From the NCBI RefSeq assembly GCF_009914755.1, contig NC_060938.1: a DNA stretch of 64,000 nucleotides; one strand, given 5' to 3'. Below are positions 35,962 through 51,986 of this stretch, piece after piece. Below the pieces are notes generated by a model. That model searched no databases and was not told the DNA's origin. It saw nothing but the letters and a program-made list of their open reading frames with translations. This DNA comes from the human T2T-CHM13v2.0 reference genome, Homo sapiens. The position numbers were made by a program, and so were the translations under genes. How positions within the stretch are numbered: the first letter of the stretch is position 1; each line of letters starts with the position of its first letter.

Positions 35962-36170
35962 TTATCACATGATTCCATTTACATGAAATGTTCAGAAAAG
36001 GCAAATCCATAAAGACAGAAAGTAGATTGATGGTTTACCAGAGACTAAGGGCAGGAGGTAATAGGGAGTAACTATAGTGGGTATGGGGTTTTGTTTTGTG
36101 ATAACAGATATGCTTTGATATTAGAGAGTGGGGATGGTTGCACAAGACAGTGAATATATTAAAACACATA

Positions 36171-36451
36171 GGCCAGGTGCAGTGGCTCATGCCTGTAATC
36201 CCAGCACTTTGGGAGACCAAGGCAGGATGATTGCTTGAGCCCAGGTGTTGGAGACTAACCTAAGTAACAAAAAGTACCAGTCCATACAAAAAAACACACA
36301 AAAAAGTTAGCCAGGGGTGGTGGCATGCACCTATAGTCCCAGCTACTCAGGAGGCTGAAGTGGGAGAATCATCTGAGCCTGGGAAGTTGAGGCTGCAGTG
36401 AGCCATGATTGCATCACTGCACTACAGCCTGGAAGATAGAGTGAGACCCTG

Positions 36452-36454
<3 letters not shown>
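36171..36454 (+). mobile_element. AluJ
   Basis: Diverged Alu with tail converted to (CA)n. Confidence 0.88.
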
Positions 36455-36509
<55 letters not shown>

Positions 36510-36522
36510 CACGCACACACAC
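36455..36522. repeat. Long (CA)n microsatellite (~26 pure units)
   Basis: Direct read. Confidence 0.95.
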
Positions 36523-36863
36523 AGAGAGAAAACTAATTGTAAACTTTAAAATGGTGACTTTTATGTTATGTATATTATACCTCAATTTTTAAAATACTGC
36601 CTTAAAAATATATTTATCGAGTGAGTGATTCATCACTGAAAAAGACAGAAACTCTGGGAGCTCTGGATCAACTCTGTAATTCTTCCTGGATGTTCCTGCT
36701 GGTTACAGTTCATGAAAAAAGATTGCATCTAAAGGTTGCAATGTTGGCACCCCGTGTGAGAAAAGGGTGTAGCTGTGATTTATCTGTGACTGGGTGTTGG
36801 TTGCCAGCACTCTGGCTGGATTGTGTCCATCATCCATTTTTATTAACTTCAAGAGAGGAAGTC

Positions 36864-37578
<715 letters not shown>

Positions 37579-38234
37579 AGCCAGAGAGGGAAACTGTGAA
37601 CCTTTTGTGACAGGCTAACAGAAAAGTTCTGTATTTCAAGGCTAAGTACATCATCTTAATTATATGGTGATGGGGCAGATGGTGAATGCTTGGGTTAGAA
37701 TTTTGATTTATTTTATCATAGGCTTTGGAAGTTTACATAAGAGGTAAAAGAAAACTTGTTGGTATTCTCTGGGACATGGTGTAGAACAGTCAAGAATCCC
37801 TCCCCCCAGGAAAGTGCTGTCTGTGGTTCATACCCTGCTAAGATGGGTGTAGAGCTGGTGCCAGGCACTCCTCTTGTGGATATACTCAGGGGCCCTGTCA
37901 GTTTGGTTGGACCAGCAACATTTTCAGGGTTTGTCCTTGCAATGCGTCTCTTCCGTGGGTGAATGAGAAGGTGAGGACTGATCTTTACCTCTTATGGAGA
38001 AGTAAAGAGATTCTGATAAAAACCTGTTTGGACTAGGGAGCAACCACTTCTGCAGGAGAGACAGTTACATCCAGGGCTGCCCTGATTCTTCACTCCCATC
38101 CCCAGGTCTGTGCCAGGGCCTCTCAGAAGACAAGAGTGACCCACAGTTACTTCCATTTTTTTGAGGTTCCTAGTATATTAAAATATGAAGAAATGCCAAC
38201 ACCCCCCACCAAAAGATGGTGAGAGCGGTGGTGT

Positions 38235-38430
<196 letters not shown>

Positions 38431-39429
38431 TGACAAATTAATACTTCTATCACAGAAAAAAATAGTAAAGGTAATGTGTTTTTGCATGATAATTCCAGGG
38501 TACATTTTAAATATTTTACAGTGCTCTACAGGCAGTGAGGAACACAAGTTGAGAGTTCTATCCTGAACATTGCTTCTTTCAGACCTGTCATCTGGAGCTA
38601 ATGTCAAAAGCCAGAATGTGGGGCCCTTTGTTAATTGTGAGATGAGAGCCCGTGCCCCTCTATACCTTACCCTCACCCCTAAATAGGCCCACAGGCTCCC
38701 TTACACCTAACAGCTGCTGCTATTCTCTTGGGTTGGAGTGAGATGGTGGAGAATCAAAAGCTGTGTTTTAGTGCTGAAGCCAGTTCTTATTACAACTTTT
38801 CTCTGCAGTTTATAAACAATTTGCTCTTAAGATCTTAGCAGTCTTTCTGAACAATCCAGTATGTTTGTTTGCTGCTGCCCAGCAATGCCTGCATGTTTTT
38901 GTGGATTTTATTTTGTTTTTAAATTTTCTTCAAAAGCTGTAGTTTATTATAAGGGCAAAGGCAGCAATTATTGGCTCTCCAAATGCAGTCAATCTGAGTG
39001 TCAAGTAGATCCTTATTTCAGTCCTCATGGGTCTTGCTTGTTGACCTTGCTCCTGCAAGGAGTGTCTATGAGCTTGCCTTGGCCCTGGTCCTAGGCCCCT
39101 CTCTTTTTCTGTAACCTCAAACCCAGATGGCCATGCCCCTTGGATGATGTGGTAGTGGTACTATAAGCCCAAGGATCCACTAAAGGACTCATTTTGAGAA
39201 ATTTGGCAAAAGAAGTTTGGCTCTATTAGGACATCTTTAAACAAGAGTGAGAGGACATGAGGCATCCTGGATGACTGCCAAGGTCGAGCTGGAGTTCTCT
39301 GGAGTGATTTGGGTGCTAAATCCTTGGGTGGGGTCCTGACTATGAACTGTTTCTTTATTTTCCAATTGTAACAGTCTCTGAAGGTAAAACTAGCATCAGC
39401 AGTATTAATCGTAATAACAATAGGAAATA

Positions 39430-40128
<699 letters not shown>

Positions 40129-40903
40129 ACATTTCAGGAAGTCTTATTTGGGGGTTTCTAGAAATAAGAAGCCTTATTTGGGTTTCTAGAGAAATTTCTT
40201 TTTCCAAATCAACTTTATTTTCCCCAGACCCTTTTTGTGAACAGAGTTTACATCAATGAAAAGAAGGCTCCTACAGTGTGGCGTGAATGCCAGTGACGGG
40301 AACACCAAAAGCTCTGAACCTCAGGATCAGGGAGACCACAGCCTGCTCCTGGGATTGTCATGAGCCATTTGGCAGGAGGTGGATCTGCACAGTCATGGAG
40401 ACCAGACTCCTAAGCAGGTCACCTAAGTAAGGTTTCCCTGTACGCTCTCCACAGGGCCTGGGAACTTCAGAATCTTGCCACAGGAGGAAGCTTGATGAGT
40501 ATTCACCCTCTGATGTTGTAGACAAGGAAACTGAGGTCCAAGGAGATTAAGTAAAGTGCACCCTGTCTGCACGTCCAACATGGGTCTCCTGGCTCTCACA
40601 CCATTTAGAGATGAGCCATTTTCTCAATAACAAAGGCAAGGCCCTGAGAGATAGTGTAATTGACCAAGCTTCTTCAGGACAGGGATGTGGACTCCACTCC
40701 CTTGGGGTCCAGCAAATGCCTTAGTAACAGTGGCTTGTGGATGGAAGGTGTTATTCAAGCCCTTGCTGGATGAATAAATTATATGCACCTGTTTCTCAAA
40801 GTTGCCTTAGTGAAAGAATCATTTGGGGCACATGTTAAAGATGAAAGTTCTAGTCTGAATACTAGACTAGAATGAGTCTATTCAGGACCCTGATAGAACA
40901 GTG

Positions 40904-40949
40904 TATATATATATATACTTGTAAATATATATATATATATATTTGCAAG

Positions 40950-41004
<55 letters not shown>

Positions 41005-41293
41005 AGCTGTATATATATATATATATATATGCAAGCTGTATATATATATATATATATATGCAAGCTGTATATATATATATATATGCAAGCTGTATATATA
41101 TATATATATGCAAGCTGTATATATATATATATGCAAGCTGTATATATATATATATATGCAAGCTGTATATATATATATATGCAAGCTGTATATATATATA
41201 TATGCAAGCTGTATATATATATGCAAGCTGTATATATATATATGCAAGCTGTATATATATATATGCAAGCTGTATATATATATATGCAAGCTG

Positions 41294-41330
<37 letters not shown>

Positions 41331-41390
41331 TATATATATATATATATCTCCACACACACTATATATATATATATATATCCAGTATATATC
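40904..41390. repeat. Interrupted (TA)n array: 14 GCAAGCTG spacers, then (CA)n/(TA)n
   Basis: Counted directly. Confidence 0.95.
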
Positions 41391-41886
41391 CAGGCAGGAC
41401 CCTGATACACTGTTCTCACTCTTGATCCAGATAATCCCTAACCCATTATCACCTCCCTTTCATGAACTGAAAGTAGTTTGTTTTTAGGTTTGGCTCTATT
41501 GCAGGGCTGGATCTATTGCGATTCTGAACACTCATTTTAACCATGACCTTCCTTACCTCCTCTAGGGGGCAGAAATGAACCACTTGTTCATTCTTTGGGG
41601 CTGAACTTTGCGACTTTCTCAGACTTTCATAAGAAAACAAATACCCAGAGGAGATCAGAAAGAAAGCAGATCTTATACATGCTTTTCTTACTAGGTTGAA
41701 ATGCAATTGCAATCTAGACTCCTCTAAGAGACAAAATACTGTTAGGCACTCTGGCGTTGAATTCAAGCTGACCCAAGTTCAAATCCAGAATCAAACAAGG
41801 GTTGGAGAATGCCTCCCATCTTTATGATCCTAGCAGGCTATTTAAATTAAAGAAGCCTTAGTTTCTTGTTCTATAAAATTCTAATA

Positions 41887-42541
41887 CAGTCAGCTTTCCA
41901 TATCCACAGTTTCCACATCTGTGGATTCAACCAACCACAGATAGAAAATATTGAAAAAAACCCAACAATAAAAACAACAATACAACAAAAATAATACAGA
42001 TAAAAACAATATAGTATAACAACCATTTGCATGGAATTTACATTGTATTAATATTTGACATGATAAGTTATCTAGAGATGATTTAAAGTATAGGAAAGTT
42101 GGCCAGGCACAGTGTCTCATATCTGTAATAACGGTACTTTGGGAGGCCAAGGCAGGAGGATCGCCTAAGGCCCCAGGAGTTTGAGATCAGCCTCGTAAAC
42201 ATTAGTAAGACCCTGTCTCTATAAGAACTTAAAAAAAAAATCAGCCTGGTGCTGTGGTGCACCTGTAGTCTCAGCTACTCAGGAGGCTGAGGCAGGAGGA
42301 TTGCTTTAGCACAGGAGTTTGAGGCTGCAGTGAGCTATGATCATGACACTGCACTCCAGCCTGGGCGAAGGAGTAAGACTCTGTTACAAACAAACAAAGA
42401 AACAAAAAAGTATATGGAAGGATGTGCCTAGGTTATATGCAAATACTATACCATTTTATATCAGAAACTTGAGTATCCGTGGATTTTGGTATCCAAGGGG
42501 GTGCTGGAGCCAATCCCAGCAAGATACTGAGTGATGACTAT
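41887..42541 (-). mobile_element. MER2/MER2B MITE, split by Alu
   Basis: cagtcagc..gtggattcaaccaacc..tctagagatgatttaaagtata | ggttatatgcaaatacta..ggattttggtatcc. Confidence 0.85.
42101..42409 (+). mobile_element. AluJ
   Basis: Diverged full Alu. Confidence 0.9.
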
Positions 42542-43194
42542 AAATAATACCATCTTAACAGGATGGTTATGAACCTTATACTGCAACTGCTAAGAGAAAA
42601 AGTCAGCTGTTATTATTACCACAACTATTACTACTGCTTCCTATAAAGGCATGTGATTATTAACTCTGTTAGGAAGGTAGACTCCACTTTTTTAAATAGT
42701 TGGCTAAAGCTCTCTAAAGAGACATTCAGCCCACTCTTTTCTGGGTTCTGTACTAGGATGACATTTCACATCCTGGGAGCCAACAATGTGAATAACACAG
42801 AGGCTACATTAGACAGAAGGAAACGTGTTGGTTTCCTTAATAAAATCGAACTCATATTTCCTGAGATTGGCTCTGGCTGGCAGGAGACTCTCCACATGGG
42901 AAAAGCGGTTAGATCTCTTGGCTGTGTTTTGCCCTCCAAGGCTCACCTTTCCTGGGAGATTTCTCCCTGTCTCACTGGTACCACCAATGGGTAAGGAAAG
43001 CCACACCTCACTCCACCCCACCCCTGGGGGGACTTCCCCTTCACTACCAACATCACGGAATCTGGCTTTGATTTGATTGAGGGTGGCAGTGAGTTTCTTT
43101 ACCCAGAGACTTGGGGATTATCTTCTTTTTAGCTTCACCTGGAATAGCTTGCAATGTCGGGATCCTTGTTTCCTAAATTGAGATAATAAGAATG

Positions 43195-43450
43195 AAAATG
43201 ATAGCAGTGGTTTCCATTTGTTGAGCACGTCTTCTGCGCGACGGCTTGCTCTCATTCCATCTGTACTACAACCCAGTGAATTTGTCCCCATGACGACTGT
43301 CATTGTAAAGATGGGGAAACAGAAGCACGAGGAGGAGGTTAGGTCACTTGCTCAAGGCCTCAGGGGTAGTCGGTGAAAGAGTTTAGGACGAGAACCCAGC
43401 AGTCTGAACTCACTTGGCTCTGAATGGAGGTGGATAACCACAGACACTGC
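43195..43450 (-). mobile_element. MIR
   Basis: catttgttgagcac..aagatggggaaacagaagc..ggttaggtcacttgctcaagg..gaacccagcagtctga. Confidence 0.7.
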
Positions 43451-44393
43451 CTTCCCACCCCTAGAGACACAGAGAGAGCTTCAGTTCCCTGGGTGTGACC
43501 CTTTGCTAAGGCACATGGTGGATGAAGAAGGTGTGTACAGCTCCTTTAGGGCAGTCAGCTTGCAAATGTCTGGCCTAGGTGAGAAGAGAGACACCTTTGA
43601 GGTCCTCCCACATCAGACAAATTGAGCCCTGCCCCTAAGCACAGATGCTGCTCCCTCTTGTCTTACCTTTTCACCTCCTTATTTATTTACCACTGTGAGG
43701 ACAACACTCCACAGGGCATGTGAAGACACAGCCCCCGCCCTGGAGCCTCAGAATTTGTCACCGTCACTGGGAGTTGAGGAAATTGCAGTGTTGAGGTTTC
43801 TTGCTTCTTCCTCACTGAGAGAGAAAAACCCCAACTGTCAACAAACCTCAAACCCATCGATCAAATGATGCCTGCGGGCAGGAGCTGGGCAGCAGGGTGT
43901 ATCTGTGGCAAATGAGATCACGAGAGGGCCTGGGCACAGAAAACAAGGTGATAGAAGACAGACGATGAGAAGAGAGGAGGAAGATTGTGCAGAAGGGGAG
44001 GAGTGCATGGAAGGGAGGGAGGCCCTTGTGCATGGATTCCCTGGGGAACCAGGCTGCCAGGGCAGAGGGCCAACAGGTGAGGAGGAGAGGAGGGGGCTAT
44101 AAGTGGGGGGGATCTGAAGAAAGAGCTTCTGTGTCCTAAGAGGTGGGGGAAAAAAAAGAGAGAAATAACCCAAAGAAAGTGTTGCAGAGAACCAATAAGA
44201 TTAGAATGTCAACGATCCAGACCCATGACCCTGGGGACTGTTGTCACACAAGGGTCTGGTGGTGGGGTTGGGGCAGCTGTGGAGGTTGCTGCTGGTCCCA
44301 GTTTTGTCCATATAAAGCAATTCGCAGAGAAGGCTGAGTGGAGGAGGAGGAAGCTGAGATAGTAAAGGAAATAACGTTTAAAAGTTTAGCACA

Positions 44394-44690
<297 letters not shown>

Positions 44691-44691
44691 A

Positions 44692-44893
44692 GCTACATTT
44701 TACATGATTTTATTCATATAAAATTCTGGAAAAGGCCAAATTACTGAGATGGACATCAGGTCGGTGAGGGGGTAAGGGGAGCATGACTGACTACACAAAG
44801 GTATGAAGAACCTTTTCGGGGTGATGGAATTGTCCTTATCTTAACTGAGGTGATAGTTATGCAATTGTACACATTTGCCAAAACTCATTGAAA
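44692..44893 (+). mobile_element. Old L1 (L1ME/MD) 3' fragment
   Basis: catataaaattctggaaaaggc..ggggtgatggaattgtcc..tacacatttgccaaaactcattgaa. Confidence 0.65.
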
Positions 44894-44899
44894 GTTACG

Positions 44900-45149
44900 T
44901 TTTTTTTTCAGACAGTTTCGCTCTTGTTGCCCAGGCTGGCGTGCAACGTCGTGATCTCGGCTCACTGCAACCTCCGCCTCTCAGGTTTGGGAGGCCGAGG
45001 TGGGTAGATCACCTGAGGTTGGGAGTTCAAGACCAGCCTGACCAACATGCAGAAACCCTGTCTCTACTAAAAATACAAAAATTAGCTGGGCATGGTGGCG
45101 CATGCCTGTAATCCCAGCCACTCAGGAGGCTGAGGCAGGAGAATCGCTT
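44900..45149. mobile_element. AluSp-like with internal inversion (3' part on minus, 5' part on plus)
   Basis: 44900-44987 reverse 3' end plus polyT; 44986-45149 forward tttgggagg..gaatcgctt. Confidence 0.88.
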
Positions 45150-45749
45150 TATTAAGTTTTATTTAGTTAGTTTTATTAAGTTAGTTCAGCCTCTTCTTGG
45201 ATAAAATTTCAGCCAAGTCCCTGCCTGGACTGTCACCTCCTCTCTGGGTGTGTCCCCTTCCTGCCTCTCCCGCTCCCAGCCCCACCCTGTGGATAACTCT
45301 GGGTGCAGGGCTCTGTGTTGCCCTCTGGTCCTCAGTGGCCTTTACATCTGCTGACATCCACAGTCAGGGGTCTGGCTGGGAGGACCTGGTGGTTTACCCG
45401 GCTTGTGGGTCCTGTGCCAGCTTTGCTGGTCCTGTAGATACAAACCGGAACCCCTCCCATGTCCCCAGTGCTTTCCATTTATCTCTGGGCTTCAGCCTGA
45501 GGCAGGTCCACAGGCTCTCAGCTCTCAATCACCTGTGCATTCCCTAGGGCCTCCTAGGGACTTCTGGGTTTCTCCCAGCCGCACTCAAGCCAAGGGGAAC
45601 TGAGGTGGGGCAGTGTGAAAGGGGTGGAACACCTAAGGTCCCTGTCCCAGCTTCAACACACCTTGCTGTTGTCTCTACTTTGCTGGAGCCACTCCAGGTG
45701 GACATAAGGACATGCTGGAAGGCGACTGACTGCTCCAGGGCTCCAATCA

Positions 45750-46358
<609 letters not shown>

Positions 46359-46734
46359 CAACATATGTCATTTTTGTCTCTGACATGCTCTTGACCTCTG
46401 TGGAGTTTTTCTACTGTTGTACATGCCACCGACAAGGTTTGACAAGGGTGAGAGAGCACTGGCATCTGATGTCCATCCCCACTTACCCGCTTTCAAGCTC
46501 CAGAGGGTTCACACTTCCTCTTTCTGTTTTTCAGAGACTTCCTTTCCCTCATATTTTCCCTCTTCCCTGCCCTGTGGATTTTTCTAGAAAGGTATCTACC
46601 TTTCTCCTTCCCTAGGACACAAGCCCTGTGGTGCAATGACAGCATATGGCTTACTGATAATGAAAATGGTTTTGAAAGTGGTTCAAAACAGTATCTCCAT
46701 TACTGTAGGGTTTTAAGAATAAGATAGTCATGTT

Positions 46735-47041
46735 TTTGTTTTGCCTTTTTTTTTTTCCTTAAGACAGGGTCTTGCTCTGTCGCCCAGGCTGGAATGCAAT
46801 GGTGCAATCATGGCTCACTGTAGCCTCAACCTCCTGGGCTCAAATAATCCTCCCACCTAGCCTCCTGAGTAGCTGGGACTACAGGCATGTGCCACCATGC
46901 CAGGCTAATTTTTCTATTTTTTGTAGAGATGGGGTTTCACCATGTTGCCCAGGCTGGTGTCCAACCCCTGGGCTCAAACAATCCTCCCACATCGGCCTCT
47001 TGAATTGCTGGGATTACAGGTGTGAGCCACCACACCTAGCC
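46735..47041 (-). mobile_element. AluJ
   Basis: Full reverse Alu. Confidence 0.9.
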
Positions 47042-47099
47042 AAGGTAATCATTTCTAAATGCCCTTTAAAATAATACAAGTTTTCTAAACTAGAGGAGT

Positions 47100-47866
47100 T
47101 TCATCCATTCAGACATACAACACACATTTGATTATCTTTTCCCCCAAGCCTTTCATCCTTTTGTGTTTCTAATCCACCCAGGCACCACTGTCAGAAATTG
47201 GGACCCCTTGTTTTATTTGACTTCTGCCCCCACTCTGTCACTGTACATTCTTCCTCTTTAAATGAGAACAATTTTTATCTCTGCATTCTCTCCCATGCCC
47301 ACTGCTACTGCCTTAGTGGAGTCCCTCAGTCTTTCTGGCTTTTGGAATGATTTTCTGATTGACCCCAGAAGTTGCCACTGCTCATCCTTCTTGCCACTGG
47401 TGTGGTTTCCAAACATGTCAGACTGCCGATCCTCTGTAGGTCCCTGTGCCGGTGTGATGTGGCCCCTGCCCATCTCTGAAGACTTGACTCCTTCTCCTTT
47501 ACATGCAGCCTCTGCCCCAGCCACACCACATGACTTGCAGGGGCCTAGTGTGCTGTGCTGGTCCACAGCTCTGTGCCTTTGTGCATGCTGTTCCTCCTGT
47601 TCCAATGTCCCTCATCACCTTCTTATAATTTGACATACAGCACAGAGATCTCCTTCTCCCTGGGGCCTTTCTGATCCCTCCCAGCAAGAATGCTGTGCTT
47701 TGGGTTAGCATGGTCTCAGCTTGCCTCCATTAGGATGCTTGTCACATGGAATTGTGTCACAGTGCTAGGCTGTGAGCTCCTTGGAGCCAGCGATAGGCAC
47801 TAGTAACCTCAGTTTCCCCAGCATTTAGCACAATGCCTGACTCAAGCCAGCCCATTGAATGAATAA
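47100..47866 (+). mobile_element. L2 3' region, degenerate
   Basis: cccactgctactgccttagt..ctgtgcctttgtgcatgctgttcc..ggctgtgagctccttg..ccccagcatttagcacaatgcctg..ttgaatgaataa. Confidence 0.7.
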
Positions 47867-47973
47867 CGACAAGCACTAGCCCTGGAGCTAGTCAAGACCT
47901 TGAAGATCACTGGGTTCCAACTTTCCAGAGAGTCTCAGAGAAGTTAAGTGACTCACTCAACCTCACACAGCTA

Positions 47974-48626
<653 letters not shown>

Positions 48627-49044
48627 CTAGACCTGGTCCTTTGACTCGAAGTGCACAGCTCTTTCTACCACTCTGACCTCTAGACACAAGAGAGGGATGA
48701 GGTAGGTAGGGGGAGTGGTGGGGAACCAGGCTGTGGGCAGGGGATGATGAGAAGACACCAGAGGCAGAAACTTAACTCAGAGCTGATTGAACTTTTTCTC
48801 AAGCTGGAAAATGGGTCAACTCCACAAAGGATTCTTTTTGTCAAACCCTGTTCCTCTCACCTATGCCATTGGGATGATGCAGTCTATGTCAACAGCAGCT
48901 GACACCTGAAGTTACAATAACAATGGCGTGGAATCAATTTCAATAAAAGCCTTGCTTCTTTTTACTGCTGATTTGTTTGAAGCCCAGACAATTCATCTAG
49001 CCTGATTACACGAGGGTTCTCACAGAGATTTTATTGCTTCATTT

Positions 49045-49393
49045 CCTTTTCTTTTCTTTCCTTTTCTTTTCTTTCTTTTTCTTTCTCTCTCTCTCTCTTT
49101 TTTTTTTTTTTTTTGACAGAGTCCCACTCTGTCACCCAGACTGGAGTGCAGTGGAGCGATCTAGGCTGACTGCAACCTCCACCTCCCAGGTTCAAGCAAT
49201 TCTCCTGCCTCAGCCTCCCGAGCAGCCAGGACTACAGGCACGTGCCACCATGCCCAGCTAATTTTTGTATTTTTAGTAGAGACGGGGTTTCGCTATGTTG
49301 GCCAGGCTGGTCTTGAACTCCTGACCTCAGGGGATCTCCCACCTTGGCCTCCCAAAGTGTTGGGATTACAGGCGTGAGCCACCACACCCAGCC
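49045..49393 (-). mobile_element. AluS with (CT)-rich tail
   Basis: Full reverse Alu. Confidence 0.9.
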
Positions 49394-49479
49394 ACTTTGT
49401 TTCTTTAAAAACAAAATTTGTATGTTGTGACTTTAAAAGTAGCTGTGCTAAATAAATCCTCATCTCATTCCCTCCTGGA

Positions 49480-49850
49480 GACTCAGTGTGGGGTGGCAGA
49501 AAGAGCACTGGGGTCACACGGACCCAGGGCTGAATCTTGGCTCTGAGGCTGGCTAATGGCACAACCGAGGGCAAGTCATTTAACTGCGCTGAGCCTGAGC
49601 TTTGCGTTTTTAAGAATGGAGGTCGTGATACTCTTCCCGGTGGTTGTTCTGGAAATGAAGATGGGCCCTAGAGAAGTAGCCAGCAGAGCGGGGAAAGCCT
49701 GGTTCTGGAGCCAGAATACCTGGGCACCTGGGTTTGAATTCCACTCCTTGCCAGATGAGTGACCTCAGACAGGTTACAAACCCTCTCTGTGTCGTAGCTT
49801 CCTTCACTAGTGTGTGGGGTACTTGGACAATGCCTGGCACATAGTCAACA
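49480..49850 (+). mobile_element. Two tandem MIR fragments
   Basis: agaaagagcactggg..ggcaagtcatttaac; ttctggagccaga..ctgggtttgaattcc..gtgacctc..tgcctggcacatagt. Confidence 0.7.
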
Positions 49851-50823
49851 TCACCTTAGTGTAAGCTGGAGAAAACATGCAACATGGTGCCAGGCACTAA
49901 ACACACACGAGTTCCTTTCTTCTTCCCCTCCCAGAGGAGCCCAATTCTGTGCGTCCCTCTGGTGGATACACAGGACCTTAGCCTAGGCTCTTCAGCCTAA
50001 CCCTGTAGCAATTTATGATACTTCTGAAGAAATCAAGTCCTCCCTTTTCTCTGTACATCCAATGATGAGTAAACTCTCACTTGTCACTGTAGTCACCACG
50101 TTTTCACTCTCTCTGGCCCCTTAAATGGAGCCACAGTCCTAGCAGGCCTGTGCTTATACCTCCAGCCCTCATGCTTATATCCCAGGAAGCATGAGTGAAA
50201 GCCTAGCCCAGGGACAGGGCAGCGTGATCTCCTGCCCGGCTTGACTCACGGTGATTTGTTCAGCTCTGTGGCCTGGGCCCTGGCTCCCGAAGCCTCCCTG
50301 GGGCCTGTTTGGACCTGTTCTTTCTCAGGTTCATTAGTCCCAGCTCACTAGCTAGACTCTCAACTCTGCATGCCAGCCCCAGTCACTTTCCCCATTCTGA
50401 CACGCCCGTTTGCTCTCAGAGGCCCCAGCCCCCAGCCCTGGAACTGGTAGAGGGAGGCAGCCTGGGCCAGAGGCCAGGGGCCAGACTCTGAATCTAGAAA
50501 AGGAGCCAGAGTCTTGTGATGCTGAAAACCAAGACAGCGAAAATCTGTGGGTCCTGCTTCTGTGTCTTATAGAAACCCTTCTGGCTGTAGCAGTTCCAGG
50601 CCCAGGATCTGGATCTCAGAAGTAAAAGAGACATTAGAACTCATCTGGGCTGGCTCTTCCCTTATCTGAAGCAAGAGGCCACACTGTAGCATCCCAGGCA
50701 GGGTGTCCTCCAGGCCCTGAGTGAAGTGCCCTGTAATGGAGAACTCACTGCCTTTCCACCCCGCCCACACCATGGCTATACCCGTGTCTAGAAATTCGGC
50801 TTCTGGAACTCTGACCCAGTGCT

Positions 50824-51204
<381 letters not shown>

Positions 51205-51297
51205 AGGAACTGGATTTTTTTATTTAAAAATTTGTAATTGAGTAACATGTAAATTTAAATTGCCACATGTGTAAAGTACTATCTTGAGTAGAAAAAA

Positions 51298-51605
51298 AGC
51301 CAGCACAGTGGCTCATGCCCGTAATCCCTGCACTTTGTGAGGCTGAGGCAGGAGGATCACCTCAGCTCAGGAGTTTGAGACCAGGCAGGGCAACATAGTG
51401 AGACCCTACATCCACCAAAAGAATAGGAGAAATTAGCCAGGTGTGGTGGTATGTGCCTGTAGTCCCAGCTACTCAGGAGGCTGAGGTGGGAGAATCACTT
51501 AAGCTGGGGAAGTCGAGGCTTCAGTGAGCCGTGATCTCGCCACTGCACTCCAGCCTGGACAACAGAGTAAGACTCTCAAAATAAATAAATAAATAAAAAT
51601 AAAGA
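51298..51605 (+). mobile_element. AluJ among MER3/MER33-like remnants
   Basis: Full Alu; flank atgtggctagtggctgccgtattagacagcacag is a MER3/33 end. Confidence 0.85.
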
Positions 51606-51808
51606 ATAAATTACCAAATGTGGCTAGTGGCTGCCGTATTAGACAGCACAGGTCTGGAAGGCGGGGGAGGCTCAAATGGACACGCCCTGTTGGCTCTGCT
51701 GACTTCATCCCAAGAGGAAGAGGGAGGCTGGGGGAGGACCAGAGTGGGGCTCCCAGGGCCTAAGGAAGATACTAGAGAGGGAAATGAGCCTGTCTCAGAA
51801 GGACACTG

Positions 51809-51818
51809 CCATATAAGG
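51809..51818. promoter_or_regulatory. Perfect CArG box (SRF site) CCATATAAGG
   Basis: Matches CC(A/T)6GG in non-repeat sequence. Confidence 0.5.
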
Positions 51819-51934
51819 CTTTGTTCCTGGTGGGAGGAGCCCTCCAGATGTCTGAGGAGAGGGAAGCTGAGGGCCGGGGGCAGGGGGAGGGGGAATGATT
51901 TAAGGGCACCCCCAAAGAAGTCCTCCTGAGATTT

Positions 51935-51986
51935 CTTTTGAGACGGCGTCTCACTCTGTTGCCCAGGCTGGAGTGCAATGGCACGA
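51935..51986 (-). mobile_element. 52-bp 5'-truncated Alu with 13-bp TSD
   Basis: TSD cctcctgagattt 51922-51934/51987-51999. Confidence 0.9.

Noticed and set aside
40138-40195. ~29-bp tandem duplication (also the ~20-bp duplications at 77-117 and 20459-20500)
   Set aside because: Ordinary slippage duplications with no sign of function
40925-41295. Regularly spaced GCAAGCTG resembling a CRISPR array
   Set aside because: Repeat is only 8 bp, spacers are pure (TA)n, context is human and there are no cas genes
40862-41487. Six 150-177 aa ORFs rich in Y/I
   Set aside because: Translation of the (TA)n array; low-complexity artefact
44095-44320. TATA/CArG-like words (gctataag, ccatataaag)
   Set aside because: Imperfect matches with no supporting downstream exon
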